Assembly: GCA_042572045.1 (NCBI GenBank)
Contig: JBHPFI010000001.1
Span: 112,015-176,014, forward strand
DNA from: Candidatus Omnitrophota bacterium
Lineage (GTDB): Bacteria > Omnitrophota > Gorgyraeia > Gorgyraeales > Gorgyraeaceae
Length of the DNA: 64,000 bases
Reading direction: 5' to 3'
The notes below the pieces were generated by a model. The model did not search any database and was not told where the DNA came from. It was given only the letters and a program-made list of their open reading frames with translations. The position numbers were made by a program, and so were the translations under genes. Positions 37,329-45,946 of this stretch are shown here, one piece after another. Numbering within the stretch: position 1 is the first letter of the stretch; every line of letters starts with the position of its first letter.

Positions 37329-37967
37329 CTATTCTCTCGTCAGCTTCTTCACTGTCTCCATACAATGGTCTACAATCTCTTTAATAAAATCCAACATATC
37401 AAGATACCGAATTTTTGCCCATTCATCACAGATTCCTTTTGCTGACCTGTCTATATGGTTTACCCGGCTTTTTTCTATTAATGCATAGAAGAGTAATTTA
37501 TTCTTTAAAATCTTTTTAGCCAGCTTCTTATCACTGACCTTCATTGCATCAATTGTATTTGATAAAATCTTGTCTATATTGTTACATAGCCCTTTGTATT
37601 CTTGCACTGCTGCCTCACTGAATAACAACTTTTCACTTATTTTATATTCGATTCGTTCTACCAGAGCTATGCACAAATCCCCCATTCTCTCGATTGCACA
37701 GATAATATTCACCAGGACCACTACTATCTTTTTAGCTTCGGATGATAGTCTTTTTTTGGAAATATCTATTGCCGAGGTAGTCAAGTTGCTATGAGTCTCG
37801 TTAATCTTCAATTCATCTTTAAGCACCTGATTCAAGATATTAATATCATTCTTCATTAAACCATCGAAGCTGGCGCGAAACATTATCTGAACCCGCTCTA
37901 GCATTTCTATAGTCTCTTGTCTCAATGAAGCAATTTCTCTTAACTCAGCTTTATTTAACTTAAGCAT
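37329..37967 (-). CDS. PhoU-domain protein
   Basis: ATG at 37967 behind AGGAGG. ICAIERMGDLCIALVERIEY resembles the PhoU ERIGD motif. Confidence 0.55.
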   Translation of the reverse strand: MLKLNKAELREIASLRQETIEMLERVQIMFRASFDGLMKNDINILNQVLKDELKINETHSNLTTSAIDISKKRLSSEAKKIVVVLVNIICAIERMGDLCIALVERIEYKISEKLLFSEAAVQEYKGLCNNIDKILSNTIDAMKVSDKKLAKKILKNKLLFYALIEKSRVNHIDRSAKGICDEWAKIRYLDMLDFIKEIVDHCMETVKKLTRE

Positions 37968-38160
37968 AACTTTAACCCCCCCTCCTAAAAGAAAAGGCAA
38001 CCTTGGCTTTATGTCAGAATTGCCTTATGCCTTACAAATATAATAATTTCCTAATCATCTCTTGCTCTATTGTGGAGATTCTAATAAATCCTGCCACCCC
38101 ATTGTGGCCTGAAAACACACAAAAAGGCCTTAATACATACTGTATCTTTGTATGCAATAT

Positions 38161-38189
38161 ATGGTACTACTTTGGGCTCATTGAGTCAA
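38161..38189 (-). promoter_or_regulatory. Promoter module copy: TTGACT-17 nt-TACCAT
   Basis: Exact 17-nt spacer CAATGAGCCCAAAGTAG. Begins 10 nt after the rlmD-like stop. Confidence 0.55.
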
Positions 38190-38220
38190 GGTAAGGTGTC
38201 TTTGTGTTTATTATCGATCA

Positions 38221-39393
38221 TCAGGTGCCTTTGTTTCCAGCTTTGAATAAAGCAATGGATTCTATGTGTTTTGTGCGGGGGAACATATCAAAGCAGGAAA
38301 CGTTCATAAGCTTCCAGTGATCGTTCTGCGTGAGGATCTTGGCATCACGCGCCAGTATGGCCGGATCGCAGGATACGTAATAAAGGCTCTCCGCGTCCTT
38401 TAGCTCGGAAAGCCATATAGCTATCTTTTTACTTATTCCTGAGCGCGGTGGGTCTATGATAAGGGTGTTTTTCTTTCCGCGTAATTTTTCATAGTAAGCA
38501 GGGTATCTTTTTTCGGCTTCTCCGCAATAAAATCTCGCATTGTCCATTCCCAGACCTTTCTTAGCGGCCTTAGCGCAGTCAATGGCTATGCGACTCTCAT
38601 CAATACCCACTACAGATTCAAACATATCACGCAAAAGCATGCCGAAAAACCCTGTACCGCAATAGAGGTCAAAAAGCGTCTCCCTTTTTTCATTTTGCAT
38701 CAATTCGCGTACTTTTTTAACCGTACTCCCAGCAACCTGCCGGTTGGCCTGGGAAAACGCCCTAGGAGAAAAAGTGAGCTCTGTCCCTAAATAAGAGTCT
38801 TTAAAAAACCGATGCCCTTGATAACCTTTTATCCAGACATTGCCTTTATGGTCACTCTTTAGAGTAATATCGCGCTTAGCGTCTAAAGTATTAAGATCCT
38901 CCTTTATAGCGCGATTTATCGCGTCTTCGGCCAGTGGACATTGCTCTATGGTAATAATAGTCTTATTATCCAAGGCAAAATAACCATACCCCTCATCAGA
39001 CCTGTGAAGTGTGATTGACGAGCGGTAGCCATAATAAAGAGGTGAAGGCGCTATCCCATCAAAACTATATTCTCTGAAAGACCCAATACGGCCAAGGTTC
39101 TCTTTAACCTGCTCAGCTTTATAATATACCTCTTTTTCATAATCCAGATGCTGATACTGACACCCCCCACATTTATTATAATAAGGACATACCGGCTCCA
39201 CGCGAGAGCTTGACGGGGTAAGGATTTCAGCTATCCTGCCGAGCCCGAAGTTTTTCTTCTCTCTCCTTTTGGTAAAGGTAACCTTTTCACCAGGCAAAGC
39301 GCCTTCTATAAAGTAAACTTTCCCGTCAACCCTGGCGACACCCATCCCGCCGTAGGCCATGCCGTATACTTCAGCTTCGTAATTATTTTGCAT
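38221..39393 (-). CDS. rlmD: 23S rRNA (uracil-5)-methyltransferase, RlmD/RumA family
   Basis: TRAM-like N-terminus. Fe-S cysteines CPYYNKCGGCQYQH. SAM-MTase core and C-terminal catalytic Cys region. Confidence 0.7.
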   Translation of the reverse strand: MQNNYEAEVYGMAYGGMGVARVDGKVYFIEGALPGEKVTFTKRREKKNFGLGRIAEILTPSSSRVEPVCPYYNKCGGCQYQHLDYEKEVYYKAEQVKENLGRIGSFREYSFDGIAPSPLYYGYRSSITLHRSDEGYGYFALDNKTIITIEQCPLAEDAINRAIKEDLNTLDAKRDITLKSDHKGNVWIKGYQGHRFFKDSYLGTELTFSPRAFSQANRQVAGSTVKKVRELMQNEKRETLFDLYCGTGFFGMLLRDMFESVVGIDESRIAIDCAKAAKKGLGMDNARFYCGEAEKRYPAYYEKLRGKKNTLIIDPPRSGISKKIAIWLSELKDAESLYYVSCDPAILARDAKILTQNDHWKLMNVSCFDMFPRTKHIESIALFKAGNKGT

Positions 39394-39573
39394 ATAATAG
39401 TCCCTTTATTTGTTGCTTATTATAGCACGGCGCGCTTATAATCGTCCCTTATTTTTCCTTTAATTTTTGTATTTTGGGGATTTTTTGGTATGTGCTTCTG
39501 GGGCAGCTTGGCGAGGAAAATCGCAAAATGGTTCAAAAGCTAACAACAAGTTGTCCTTTTTGAGATATTTAAA

Positions 39574-39723
39574 TTATATCGATCTCTTCTCGTCTGGCCC
39601 TCCACATTTGGGACATCTAATAGGCCCCGAAGGAAACCTTTTTTCTCTTCCCTCTCCTTTTTCGAAAACATCCATTTCGAAATCATGCCCACAGTTACTA
39701 CAAGTAAATTTTTTTCTAACCAT
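39574..39723 (-). CDS. 49-aa zinc-ribbon protein (FmdB-like CxxC...CxxC)
   Basis: Below the track cutoff. GGGAGGAG Shine-Dalgarno sequence. MVRKKFTCSNCGHDFEMDVFEKGEGREKRFPSGPIRCPKCGGPDEKRSI. Confidence 0.6.
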   Translation of the reverse strand: MVRKKFTCSNCGHDFEMDVFEKGEGREKRFPSGPIRCPKCGGPDEKRSI

Positions 39724-39857
39724 ATTTTTACTCCTCCCTTACTACGATTAATCTTCTAATTCTAGCGCATTGCAAATACTGGCTATAAATTTGCGTAAAG
39801 GGAGTTATTGGTATCATAAGACGCCTGCTAGCTCAATCAGGAACCTGTCCCTTTTTT

Positions 39858-39968
39858 CTACTGGTGTGTTCTTTCTTGTCTTTTCCTGTTTGCTTCGTTT
39901 TGTGCGTTTTTTGCTTTGGTTACTTGTTTGTTGTGTTTATTTTTATCTTTCTTGCCTTTATCACCCAT
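39858..39968 (-). CDS. 36-aa highly basic peptide (MGDKGKKDKNKHNKQVTKAKNAQNEANRKRQERTHQ)
   Basis: AGGAGG lies 7 nt upstream of the ATG. No homology recognised. Confidence 0.4.
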   Translation of the reverse strand: MGDKGKKDKNKHNKQVTKAKNAQNEANRKRQERTHQ

Positions 39969-40042
39969 GGATGTTCCTCCTTTTTTTCTGGGTTAGCTTT
40001 TTCTAGATTAAACGCGTTCTCTACTCACCTAACTGCTTTTTA

Positions 40043-40693
40043 TTATAATGTCTCAGGGTATCCTACAGTCTGCGTAAGTATTATCTTTTGATCGGGGCGT
40101 AGTTTCATGGCCTCTCTCAAGGTAGGTTTGTCTATCCAGCCTCTCACTACTGTTGCCAGCCCTTCTGAAGCGCAGTATAAATATACATTCTGACTGATAA
40201 ACCCGGTATCTGTGGCAGCGTAAAAATACTTATCCTTGTCCTGCATACCGCCCATTTTGGAATAATCAGCAACATAGATAAGGTTCAAAGGAGCATCTTT
40301 AACAAATGCCTGTAAGCCAGTAAGCCCCCTTATATCCTTTGATATAATAGGTAAGAGCATATTTGATGTAGCATCATATGCATACAGCCCATCAGATTTA
40401 GCCACATAGATATCTATCTCCTGCATGTTCTTTGCAGAAGGAGCTGTGCGCTTAGATGATCCTGGGCGGTTTATCCCGTTTGCAGCCCAGAGCATGTCTG
40501 AAAGTACCTGTAAAGGGATATCTCTGGAGCTAAACGCTCTTTCGCTTTTTCTTTCTTTTAATATCTGCATCAAGGGGTTACCTGTTTCTGTCTGTGGTGC
40601 GGGGAGAGTGATTGCTTTTAATTCTTCGGCATAGACAGAAGATGCCTGTGTCGCAAGAAAGATCAGGAATATAAAAACTTTAAGTCTCATCAT
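40043..40693 (-). CDS. Secreted nitroreductase / SagB-type dehydrogenase family protein
   Basis: Signal peptide. RKSERAFS...LWAANGINR...IYVA..GLYAY...YLYCASEGLATVVRG. Confidence 0.65.
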   Translation of the reverse strand: MMRLKVFIFLIFLATQASSVYAEELKAITLPAPQTETGNPLMQILKERKSERAFSSRDIPLQVLSDMLWAANGINRPGSSKRTAPSAKNMQEIDIYVAKSDGLYAYDATSNMLLPIISKDIRGLTGLQAFVKDAPLNLIYVADYSKMGGMQDKDKYFYAATDTGFISQNVYLYCASEGLATVVRGWIDKPTLREAMKLRPDQKIILTQTVGYPETL

Positions 40694-40707
40694 ATGCTCA
40701 CACCGTT

Positions 40708-40953
40708 TTATTTTTTTGATTTTCTTTTCTCATAATTACAGAGTAAAATTGCCAATAGAGTTGGGATAGGCAAAATAAGAGCTAAATCATATTCGTTTCT
40801 AGTCTTCAATATATAGATGCTTATAAAAAGAAACGTAATAAACCAAATGAGTTTCCTTGAAATATGCAACTTAAACCCATCGCAAAAACAAAACCCCACA
40901 AAAAAAGCATATATTGTAAGTGCTAAAAATTGCATAAGTAATATCTTGCTCAC
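40708..40953 (-). CDS. Small 3-TM membrane protein
   Basis: 81-aa hydrophobic ORF in an operon position. Confidence 0.45.
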   Translation of the reverse strand: MSKILLMQFLALTIYAFFVGFCFCDGFKLHISRKLIWFITFLFISIYILKTRNEYDLALILPIPTLLAILLCNYEKRKSKK

Positions 40954-40963
40954 TATTTCTCCC

Positions 40964-41803
40964 TCAAGGTCTTCTTCTCATAGATTCATCTAAGACTTCT
41001 TTGGTTACCATTGCTAACTTAAAAAAAGCTAATGTCCGAAACATTACAGATAAGATATAAGATACTTGATCCTTATACCCTGCCAAATAAGCTATCTTCT
41101 TGCCAAATTCCCATTCTAAGTGTTCTTCAAAGCTCTTATCAAACTCCCTGGTAAATTTATATTTGCTATATTCTATTTGAACACGATTATAATCATCTAT
41201 AAATCCTCCTCTGCCTGGTGTATTTTGTAAGATTTTTGAATAACTCACAAATTTATCTATACTAAGAGTGTCCAGCATTCCATCTAACATTTTTTCACGA
41301 GATCTATCCACACGTAATGCAACTTCCGCTACGGTTCTTTTCATAAGTGCGCTTCTAATTTCGGTCCCAAAAAAACCAAATATACATCTATCACAAACGT
41401 GTAAATCATAGAGTAAGAACTCTTTTGCTAAAATAAATAATTTATCCATGTCTAAAACCTTAAAAGGAGAATTCCTAAAAAAAGATGGGATAGAAGATAT
41501 GTCTTCTGAAATTATGAATGCAAAACTTTGGACGTACTTATCTATGCTTAAACTATCCATATTTATATTCAAGGGACTGGTGGGTATTTTCTTTGTCTTT
41601 CTGTATTTTCCAAGCAATTCTTCCACGTCCTTCATTACTTCCTTCGTTAGATCAATTGATTCTTTGCCTGTTAACATTTGGAAATCTTGTTCTTGCTTCT
41701 TATCTTCTTCATTAATGGGTGGCAAATTAGCTAAGCAATCTTCATTTATGCACTTAAGCCTGCTTAATTCGTTATTGGTTCCACAATAAGGACATTTTCT
41801 CAT
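40964..41803 (-). CDS. Hypothetical protein with N-terminal zinc ribbon and an internal D(S/T)LSIDK(Y/F)V repeat
   Basis: ATG at 41803 behind GGGGG. MRKCPYCGTNNELSRLKCINEDC. Confidence 0.5.
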   Translation of the reverse strand: MRKCPYCGTNNELSRLKCINEDCLANLPPINEEDKKQEQDFQMLTGKESIDLTKEVMKDVEELLGKYRKTKKIPTSPLNINMDSLSIDKYVQSFAFIISEDISSIPSFFRNSPFKVLDMDKLFILAKEFLLYDLHVCDRCIFGFFGTEIRSALMKRTVAEVALRVDRSREKMLDGMLDTLSIDKFVSYSKILQNTPGRGGFIDDYNRVQIEYSKYKFTREFDKSFEEHLEWEFGKKIAYLAGYKDQVSYILSVMFRTLAFFKLAMVTKEVLDESMRRRP

Positions 41804-41896
41804 ATAGCCCCCTAAACAAAAAAACAACCCAGATTTACACCAAGATTGCTTTATATTGTAAATACACCAGTTCTTTTGCCATATACCACACCATTC

Positions 41897-42262
41897 CTAC
41901 CCCACACTCCACCCAACCACCACCCCTAAGAGTATTACAAAAACCCCATACAATCGGCAACATCCTTCAGAGCAGCCCAAGAAGTAGCTGATTGTGGATT
42001 CAAGCATATTGACAGGGGAAATCAGTATGAATAGACCTTTAATCAAGGATATAATACCCAGGACCTTTATAAAGAGTGCAAGGCGAGATACTGGGTGAGC
42101 CCATAGAAATAACACCCCAAACAATAAGGGTAAGATAAATGCGGTTTTTACAACAGGATTCATTAGATCAGTATAGAGTGTCTTGGATTTTTTGGGGAAG
42201 AGAATAAATGCTGTTCCTATAGATATCCAGAATATAGATATGAATGATAGAAAGATCTTCAT
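41897..42262 (-). CDS. 120-aa-family 4-TM membrane protein, paralogue 3
   Basis: Homologous to 8867-9238 and 9638-10000. Lies 24 nt downstream of the Cys-rich gene. Confidence 0.7.
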   Translation of the reverse strand: MKIFLSFISIFWISIGTAFILFPKKSKTLYTDLMNPVVKTAFILPLLFGVLFLWAHPVSRLALFIKVLGIISLIKGLFILISPVNMLESTISYFLGCSEGCCRLYGVFVILLGVVVGWSVG

Positions 42263-42286
42263 CTACTGCGCCTTTACACTATCATC

Positions 42287-42499
42287 TTAAGGTTTATTTA
42301 ATATCTCAAACCAGGGACATTCGTTCATGCAATACTTTAGGCCCTTACCTTTTGCCTTAGGGCAGCCTTTCTCGCCAGTACTGGATGCAACAATCCAGCA
42401 TCTTGCACCCATATTTTCTATATAGGCAGGGCATTCTTCTCTTGCTATTAGTTTGCAATTCCAAAAATCCCAACAGTTTTCAGACCTTTTTTCCGCCAC
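42287..42499 (-). CDS. 70-aa Cys-rich protein with two C-W motifs (resembles the two-CW domain)
   Basis: GTG start. NCWDFWNC..ECPAY..ARCWIV..KGCP..YCMNECPWF (7 Cys). Confidence 0.55.
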   Translation of the reverse strand: MAEKRSENCWDFWNCKLIAREECPAYIENMGARCWIVASSTGEKGCPKAKGKGLKYCMNECPWFEILNKP

Positions 42500-42633
42500 A
42501 GCTACCTATCAAAGCTTTATACCAGAATTGCCTTATCTCTTACAAATATAATAATCTCCTCATCATCTGCCACCCCGTTGTGGCCTAAAAACACACAAAA
42601 AGGCCTTAATGCATGTATCTCTATATGTAACAT

Positions 42634-42662
42634 ATGATACTACTTTGAGCTCATTGAGTCAA
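42634..42662 (-). promoter_or_regulatory. Promoter module copy: TTGACT-17 nt-TATCAT
   Basis: Exact 17-nt spacer CAATGAGCTCAAAGTAG. Lies ~135 nt upstream of the Cys-rich gene. Confidence 0.6.
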
Positions 42663-42779
42663 GGTAAGGTGTCTTTGTGTTAAATGGGGATAAGTAAATG
42701 GGAAATGGTGGAATTTTAGTGACACTTTGAAACGTGCTTCTGGGGTAGGTGGTGTGAGGTTTTGAGAGTAACAGGGGGG

Positions 42780-42938
42780 CTACTTTATCATAGCAAACAT
42801 TAAACCTAAGGATGCACCTATCAAAGTGCTTATAATTGGATTGCTGGTTAAAGGGCATGCCCCCGAGGCACACTTACCAAAATGTCCAATTAGGAAGCCT
42901 ATTGTGCCACCAATGACTACACCTAAAACAATTTTCAT
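42780..42938 (-). CDS. 52-aa GKCASGACPLTSNP-motif membrane protein (DUF6132-like), copy 2
   Basis: AGGAG Shine-Dalgarno sequence. About 95% nt identity to 5546-5704 across the CDS only. Confidence 0.65.
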   Translation of the reverse strand: MKIVLGVVIGGTIGFLIGHFGKCASGACPLTSNPIISTLIGASLGLMFAMIK

Positions 42939-42953
42939 TTTAAAGCTCCTTGA

Positions 42954-43148
42954 TTATTTTATTTCTTTAAATTCAGCATCTATAACATCTTTATCATCAA
43001 ATGCATTTTTGCTGGTTTCTTTATGCCTTTTGCCATAATTATTAAGCTGATGACGAAAAAAAAGCATAAGCAAAGAAATCGCCCCAAAGAGAAAGCGGAA
43101 TAACAAATAAAACAAGAATAACCTTAGTAAAATAAATAATATGTTCAT
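42954..43148 (-). CDS. Small membrane protein with acidic C-terminus (VIDAEFKEIK)
   Basis: 64-aa ORF. Hydrophobic N-terminal half. Confidence 0.45.
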   Translation of the reverse strand: MNILFILLRLFLFYLLFRFLFGAISLLMLFFRHQLNNYGKRHKETSKNAFDDKDVIDAEFKEIK

Positions 43149-43198
43149 CTCACCTAAAACAAAAAAGCAACCCCAGTTTTATGCCAAGATTACCTATG

Positions 43199-43675
43199 TT
43201 ATAAATATTTCTCAAATTCAGCTACAACTGGATCAAGATCTTCCAGGTCTCTATAAGTATACCAAGCAGCTTTTACTTTATCACCTACATTTTTTTTCAT
43301 TTGCCCATATAAGAAATCCCATAAAAGTAAATGAGAAAGATAATCATCCTTGCTTGTCTGCTTAAATATATGAAAAATGACTAACTGCTTCTTTGTCTTG
43401 TCTAAACCTTTCCTAACACAATACCAATATTTAGCCAGATTGATTATGCTTCCCGCACTCTCTTCTTCAACAATTATATGCTTTGTCTCTGTCTCAACTC
43501 TTAAATCTCCAAATTCAAATCCTATATTATCTGCTACTAATATTTTGTTATTGGTACTCTGGCCTGTAAATACAGGATGCTTATGCTTGCGTGCCTCTTC
43601 TTCAAATTTGCTTAGAGTTTCATTTGTAATTTTACCACTACTTGATTTTATGCCCTTAATGACAGTTTTCCCCAT
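43199..43675 (-). CDS. Hypothetical protein (158 aa)
   Basis: Clean ORF. A possible D...ExK-like motif (GDLRVETETK) is only suggestive. Confidence 0.45.
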   Translation of the reverse strand: MGKTVIKGIKSSSGKITNETLSKFEEEARKHKHPVFTGQSTNNKILVADNIGFEFGDLRVETETKHIIVEEESAGSIINLAKYWYCVRKGLDKTKKQLVIFHIFKQTSKDDYLSHLLLWDFLYGQMKKNVGDKVKAAWYTYRDLEDLDPVVAEFEKYL

Positions 43676-43716
43676 AAGATTCTCCCCATAAGATTCTCCT
43701 TGCCTTTAATCAATAT

Positions 43717-44025
43717 TTACTTCTTCTTTTTTACATTTAAATTAATGTCTTTAATCTCATCTAAAATGCCTCGTGTTTTTTTAGTATATGCTCCTTTACT
43801 TTTAGGACGGTTGGCTATAGTTTTTCCTAATTCATAATATAACTTCTCTCTCTGTAAAATAAGAGTTATTTTTTCTAACTCCCTTTTTCCTTTTACAGAT
43901 TTGTCTTTAAGGTAAGTTTCTCCTTTCTCAACTAAGGGCTCAATGCCTTTTAAAACCTTACTTAAGTCCTTTTGTGCAATCTTCCATAACCTATTTATTG
44001 TCTTCTCAAGTTCTTTTCTTTTCAT
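43717..44025 (-). CDS. Hypothetical Lys-rich coiled-coil protein
   Basis: 102-aa ORF. 4-nt overlap with the upstream phosphoesterase gene. Confidence 0.45.
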   Translation of the reverse strand: MKRKELEKTINRLWKIAQKDLSKVLKGIEPLVEKGETYLKDKSVKGKRELEKITLILQREKLYYELGKTIANRPKSKGAYTKKTRGILDEIKDINLNVKKKK

Positions 44026-44822
44026 ACTTCCACCCCCTTTATTATTTTATGGTTAAACGCTTCCCTGAGCCATATCTTGCCTGCATCATAAGCTAGGTAA
44101 GTCGGCGTGGCGCTGTCCACCCATGTCCCGCAATTTGCGTATATGCCTTTGTCTATACTCTCAAGCTGGCATCTGTGCGTATGCCCGAATATAACTACCC
44201 TAGCCCCATTATCTATGCGCCCCTTGACAGCCTCATTGAATTCTCCAAAATGGCCGCCCTTTCTTAAATATTCTCCTGACGAAGGCGTAATCTTGTTTCT
44301 TATAAATGCGGCATGACCGATAAAGGCTTCTGTGTTTTCCAGTGCCTTTTCCAGCCATACATCGACATTAGGGCTAACCAACCTTTCTAAACTGGCGGCA
44401 AGCAGCGCAAATCGCCTACCGCTGGGCCATTTGATTGACTGCAAGGGGTTTTTGTAGCGGTTGAATACGTCGTATCTGTGGCCGTGTTCGGCTATAATCC
44501 CGATTTCAGGATCATGGTATTCTAGACACACGCCAATCCCTGAACCTGTAAATTTTATAAAGGGTATATAGTCATGGTTGCCGATAACATAGGTTACTTT
44601 TATTTTATTTCTTAAAGATAAGACTTTAGTTATGACTTCATTGTGCCTGAATAGAATCCTGTCGAGGTCAGCCTGCCATAATTCCAAGAAATCCCCCACG
44701 ATAACCAGCTCCTGAGCCTCGTTTTCAACAAATTCAAGGAATTTCAACAGCTCTCTGTCTCGATGAAAATCATCTGTCTTTGAACCATCGCCTAAATGTA
44801 GGTCGCTTATAAAAATCTTCAT
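44022..44822 (-). CDS. Calcineurin-like metallophosphoesterase (LpxH-like architecture)
   Basis: ISDLHLGDG, VGDFLELW, GNHDY, HGHRYD and GHTH. Confidence 0.75.
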   Translation of the reverse strand: MKIFISDLHLGDGSKTDDFHRDRELLKFLEFVENEAQELVIVGDFLELWQADLDRILFRHNEVITKVLSLRNKIKVTYVIGNHDYIPFIKFTGSGIGVCLEYHDPEIGIIAEHGHRYDVFNRYKNPLQSIKWPSGRRFALLAASLERLVSPNVDVWLEKALENTEAFIGHAAFIRNKITPSSGEYLRKGGHFGEFNEAVKGRIDNGARVVIFGHTHRCQLESIDKGIYANCGTWVDSATPTYLAYDAGKIWLREAFNHKIIKGVEV

Positions 44823-44848
44823 TGTGCTATAGCAAGGTCCTGAATTTT

Positions 44849-45379
44849 TTACCCTCCCTGCGGGAAAGACTCCTCCTCATACATGTACCAGTTGGCTGAA
44901 TCTATTATGTAGGTGTGCAGTTTCATGATTCCGTCGTAATGCGCCTTTTCTTCCTCGAGCAAAAAGTCCAAAAGCTTCACCAGTTTTTTGTCTTTGGCAT
45001 CTTTGCGCATTGCTTCGTAATATTTATAACCGGAATTTTCGAATTCCATGGCAAACTCGCACGCCTTTCTATCAGAGTCGCTTTTCTTTACCTTGCCTTT
45101 CAGCTCAGTAATGCTCATTGCAAAAATAGAAAGGTCCTTTTTTCTCCCGGCCATGAGTCCATCCAGATTTAGTTCTGGAAAATCGTCGCTCTTGACCAGC
45201 GAATCGTAAAAATCTTTTAGGCTTTCTATATGAAGGAATTCGTTTTTACCGAGAAATTCAAACATCTTTTTCGTGGCGTCGTTCTCAACTTTCCGGACAA
45301 TGTCCTTATAAAAGTCAAAACCCTTTTCTTCCATCTCCAGTGCCTTTTTAAGAGCGTCTTTTAATGAGATGTTGTCCAT
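44849..45379 (-). CDS. Ferritin-like / rubrerythrin-family diiron protein
   Basis: Two ExxH-type helices (ALEMEEKGFDFY... and EFENSGYKYY...EEEKAHYD). Confidence 0.6.
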   Translation of the reverse strand: MDNISLKDALKKALEMEEKGFDFYKDIVRKVENDATKKMFEFLGKNEFLHIESLKDFYDSLVKSDDFPELNLDGLMAGRKKDLSIFAMSITELKGKVKKSDSDRKACEFAMEFENSGYKYYEAMRKDAKDKKLVKLLDFLLEEEKAHYDGIMKLHTYIIDSANWYMYEEESFPQGG

Positions 45380-45427
45380 AAGAAGCCTCCACTTTTTTCA
45401 TAGACAGTCAAATGTTTTTAAACCACT

Positions 45428-45946
45428 TTATAGCGTTACAACCTTCTTTAATGCGGCCAGGGCTTTTTCGTAATCAGGGGGCGAAGAAATCTCAGGCACC
45501 AGTTCAATATAGTGGATCTTATCTTCTTTGTCGATAATAAAAATTGCCCTTGTCAGTAGTCGAAGCTCTTTAATTAAGACCCCATATTTTTCCCCGAAAT
45601 CCGCGTTTCTGTGGTCTGACAATGTCTTTACCTTTTTTATGTCAAACTCCTGACAAAACCTCTTCTGCGCGAACGGAAGGTCCATGGAGATAAATATTAT
45701 CGCTATGTCTTTGCTTAAAGAAGATGCCTCGTCATTGAAACGTTTTATCTCTGTGTCGCAGACAGGCGTGTCCAGCGATGGCACCGAGGCGATCAGCTTG
45801 ATCTTGTTTTTGAATTTACCGAGAGTTTCTTCTTCGAGCGCGCTGTTCAAGGCCCTGAAGTCAGGCGCCTTTTCGCCCACCTTTAACTCATTTCCTGTCA
45901 ATGTAACAGGACTTCCTTTTAGTGTTACCTTATTTTTTTTCTCCAT
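45428..45946 (-). CDS. tpx: Thiol peroxidase
   Basis: GEKAPDF...SVPSLDTPVCDTE. ATG at 45946 behind GGTGGAGAGG. Confidence 0.85.
   Translation of the reverse strand: MEKKNKVTLKGSPVTLTGNELKVGEKAPDFRALNSALEEETLGKFKNKIKLIASVPSLDTPVCDTEIKRFNDEASSLSKDIAIIFISMDLPFAQKRFCQEFDIKKVKTLSDHRNADFGEKYGVLIKELRLLTRAIFIIDKEDKIHYIELVPEISSPPDYEKALAALKKVVTL

Noticed and set aside
38040-38070. A conserved 8-codon uORF in the shared leaders: MIRKLLYL at ~38 kb and MMRRLLYL at ~42.55 kb.
   Set aside because: The two copies differ at only 2 of 27 nt, as does the surrounding non-coding repeat. Conservation therefore gives no evidence for coding, and the ribosome-binding sites are weak.
43199-44822. Reading the metallophosphoesterase, coiled-coil protein and 158-aa protein as an SbcCD-like or defence module.
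   Set aside because: The phosphoesterase has LpxH-like motif spacing and size. The coiled-coil protein is only 102 aa. The D...ExK resemblance in the 158-aa protein is too weak to call a nuclease. There is no ATPase or other defence hallmark.
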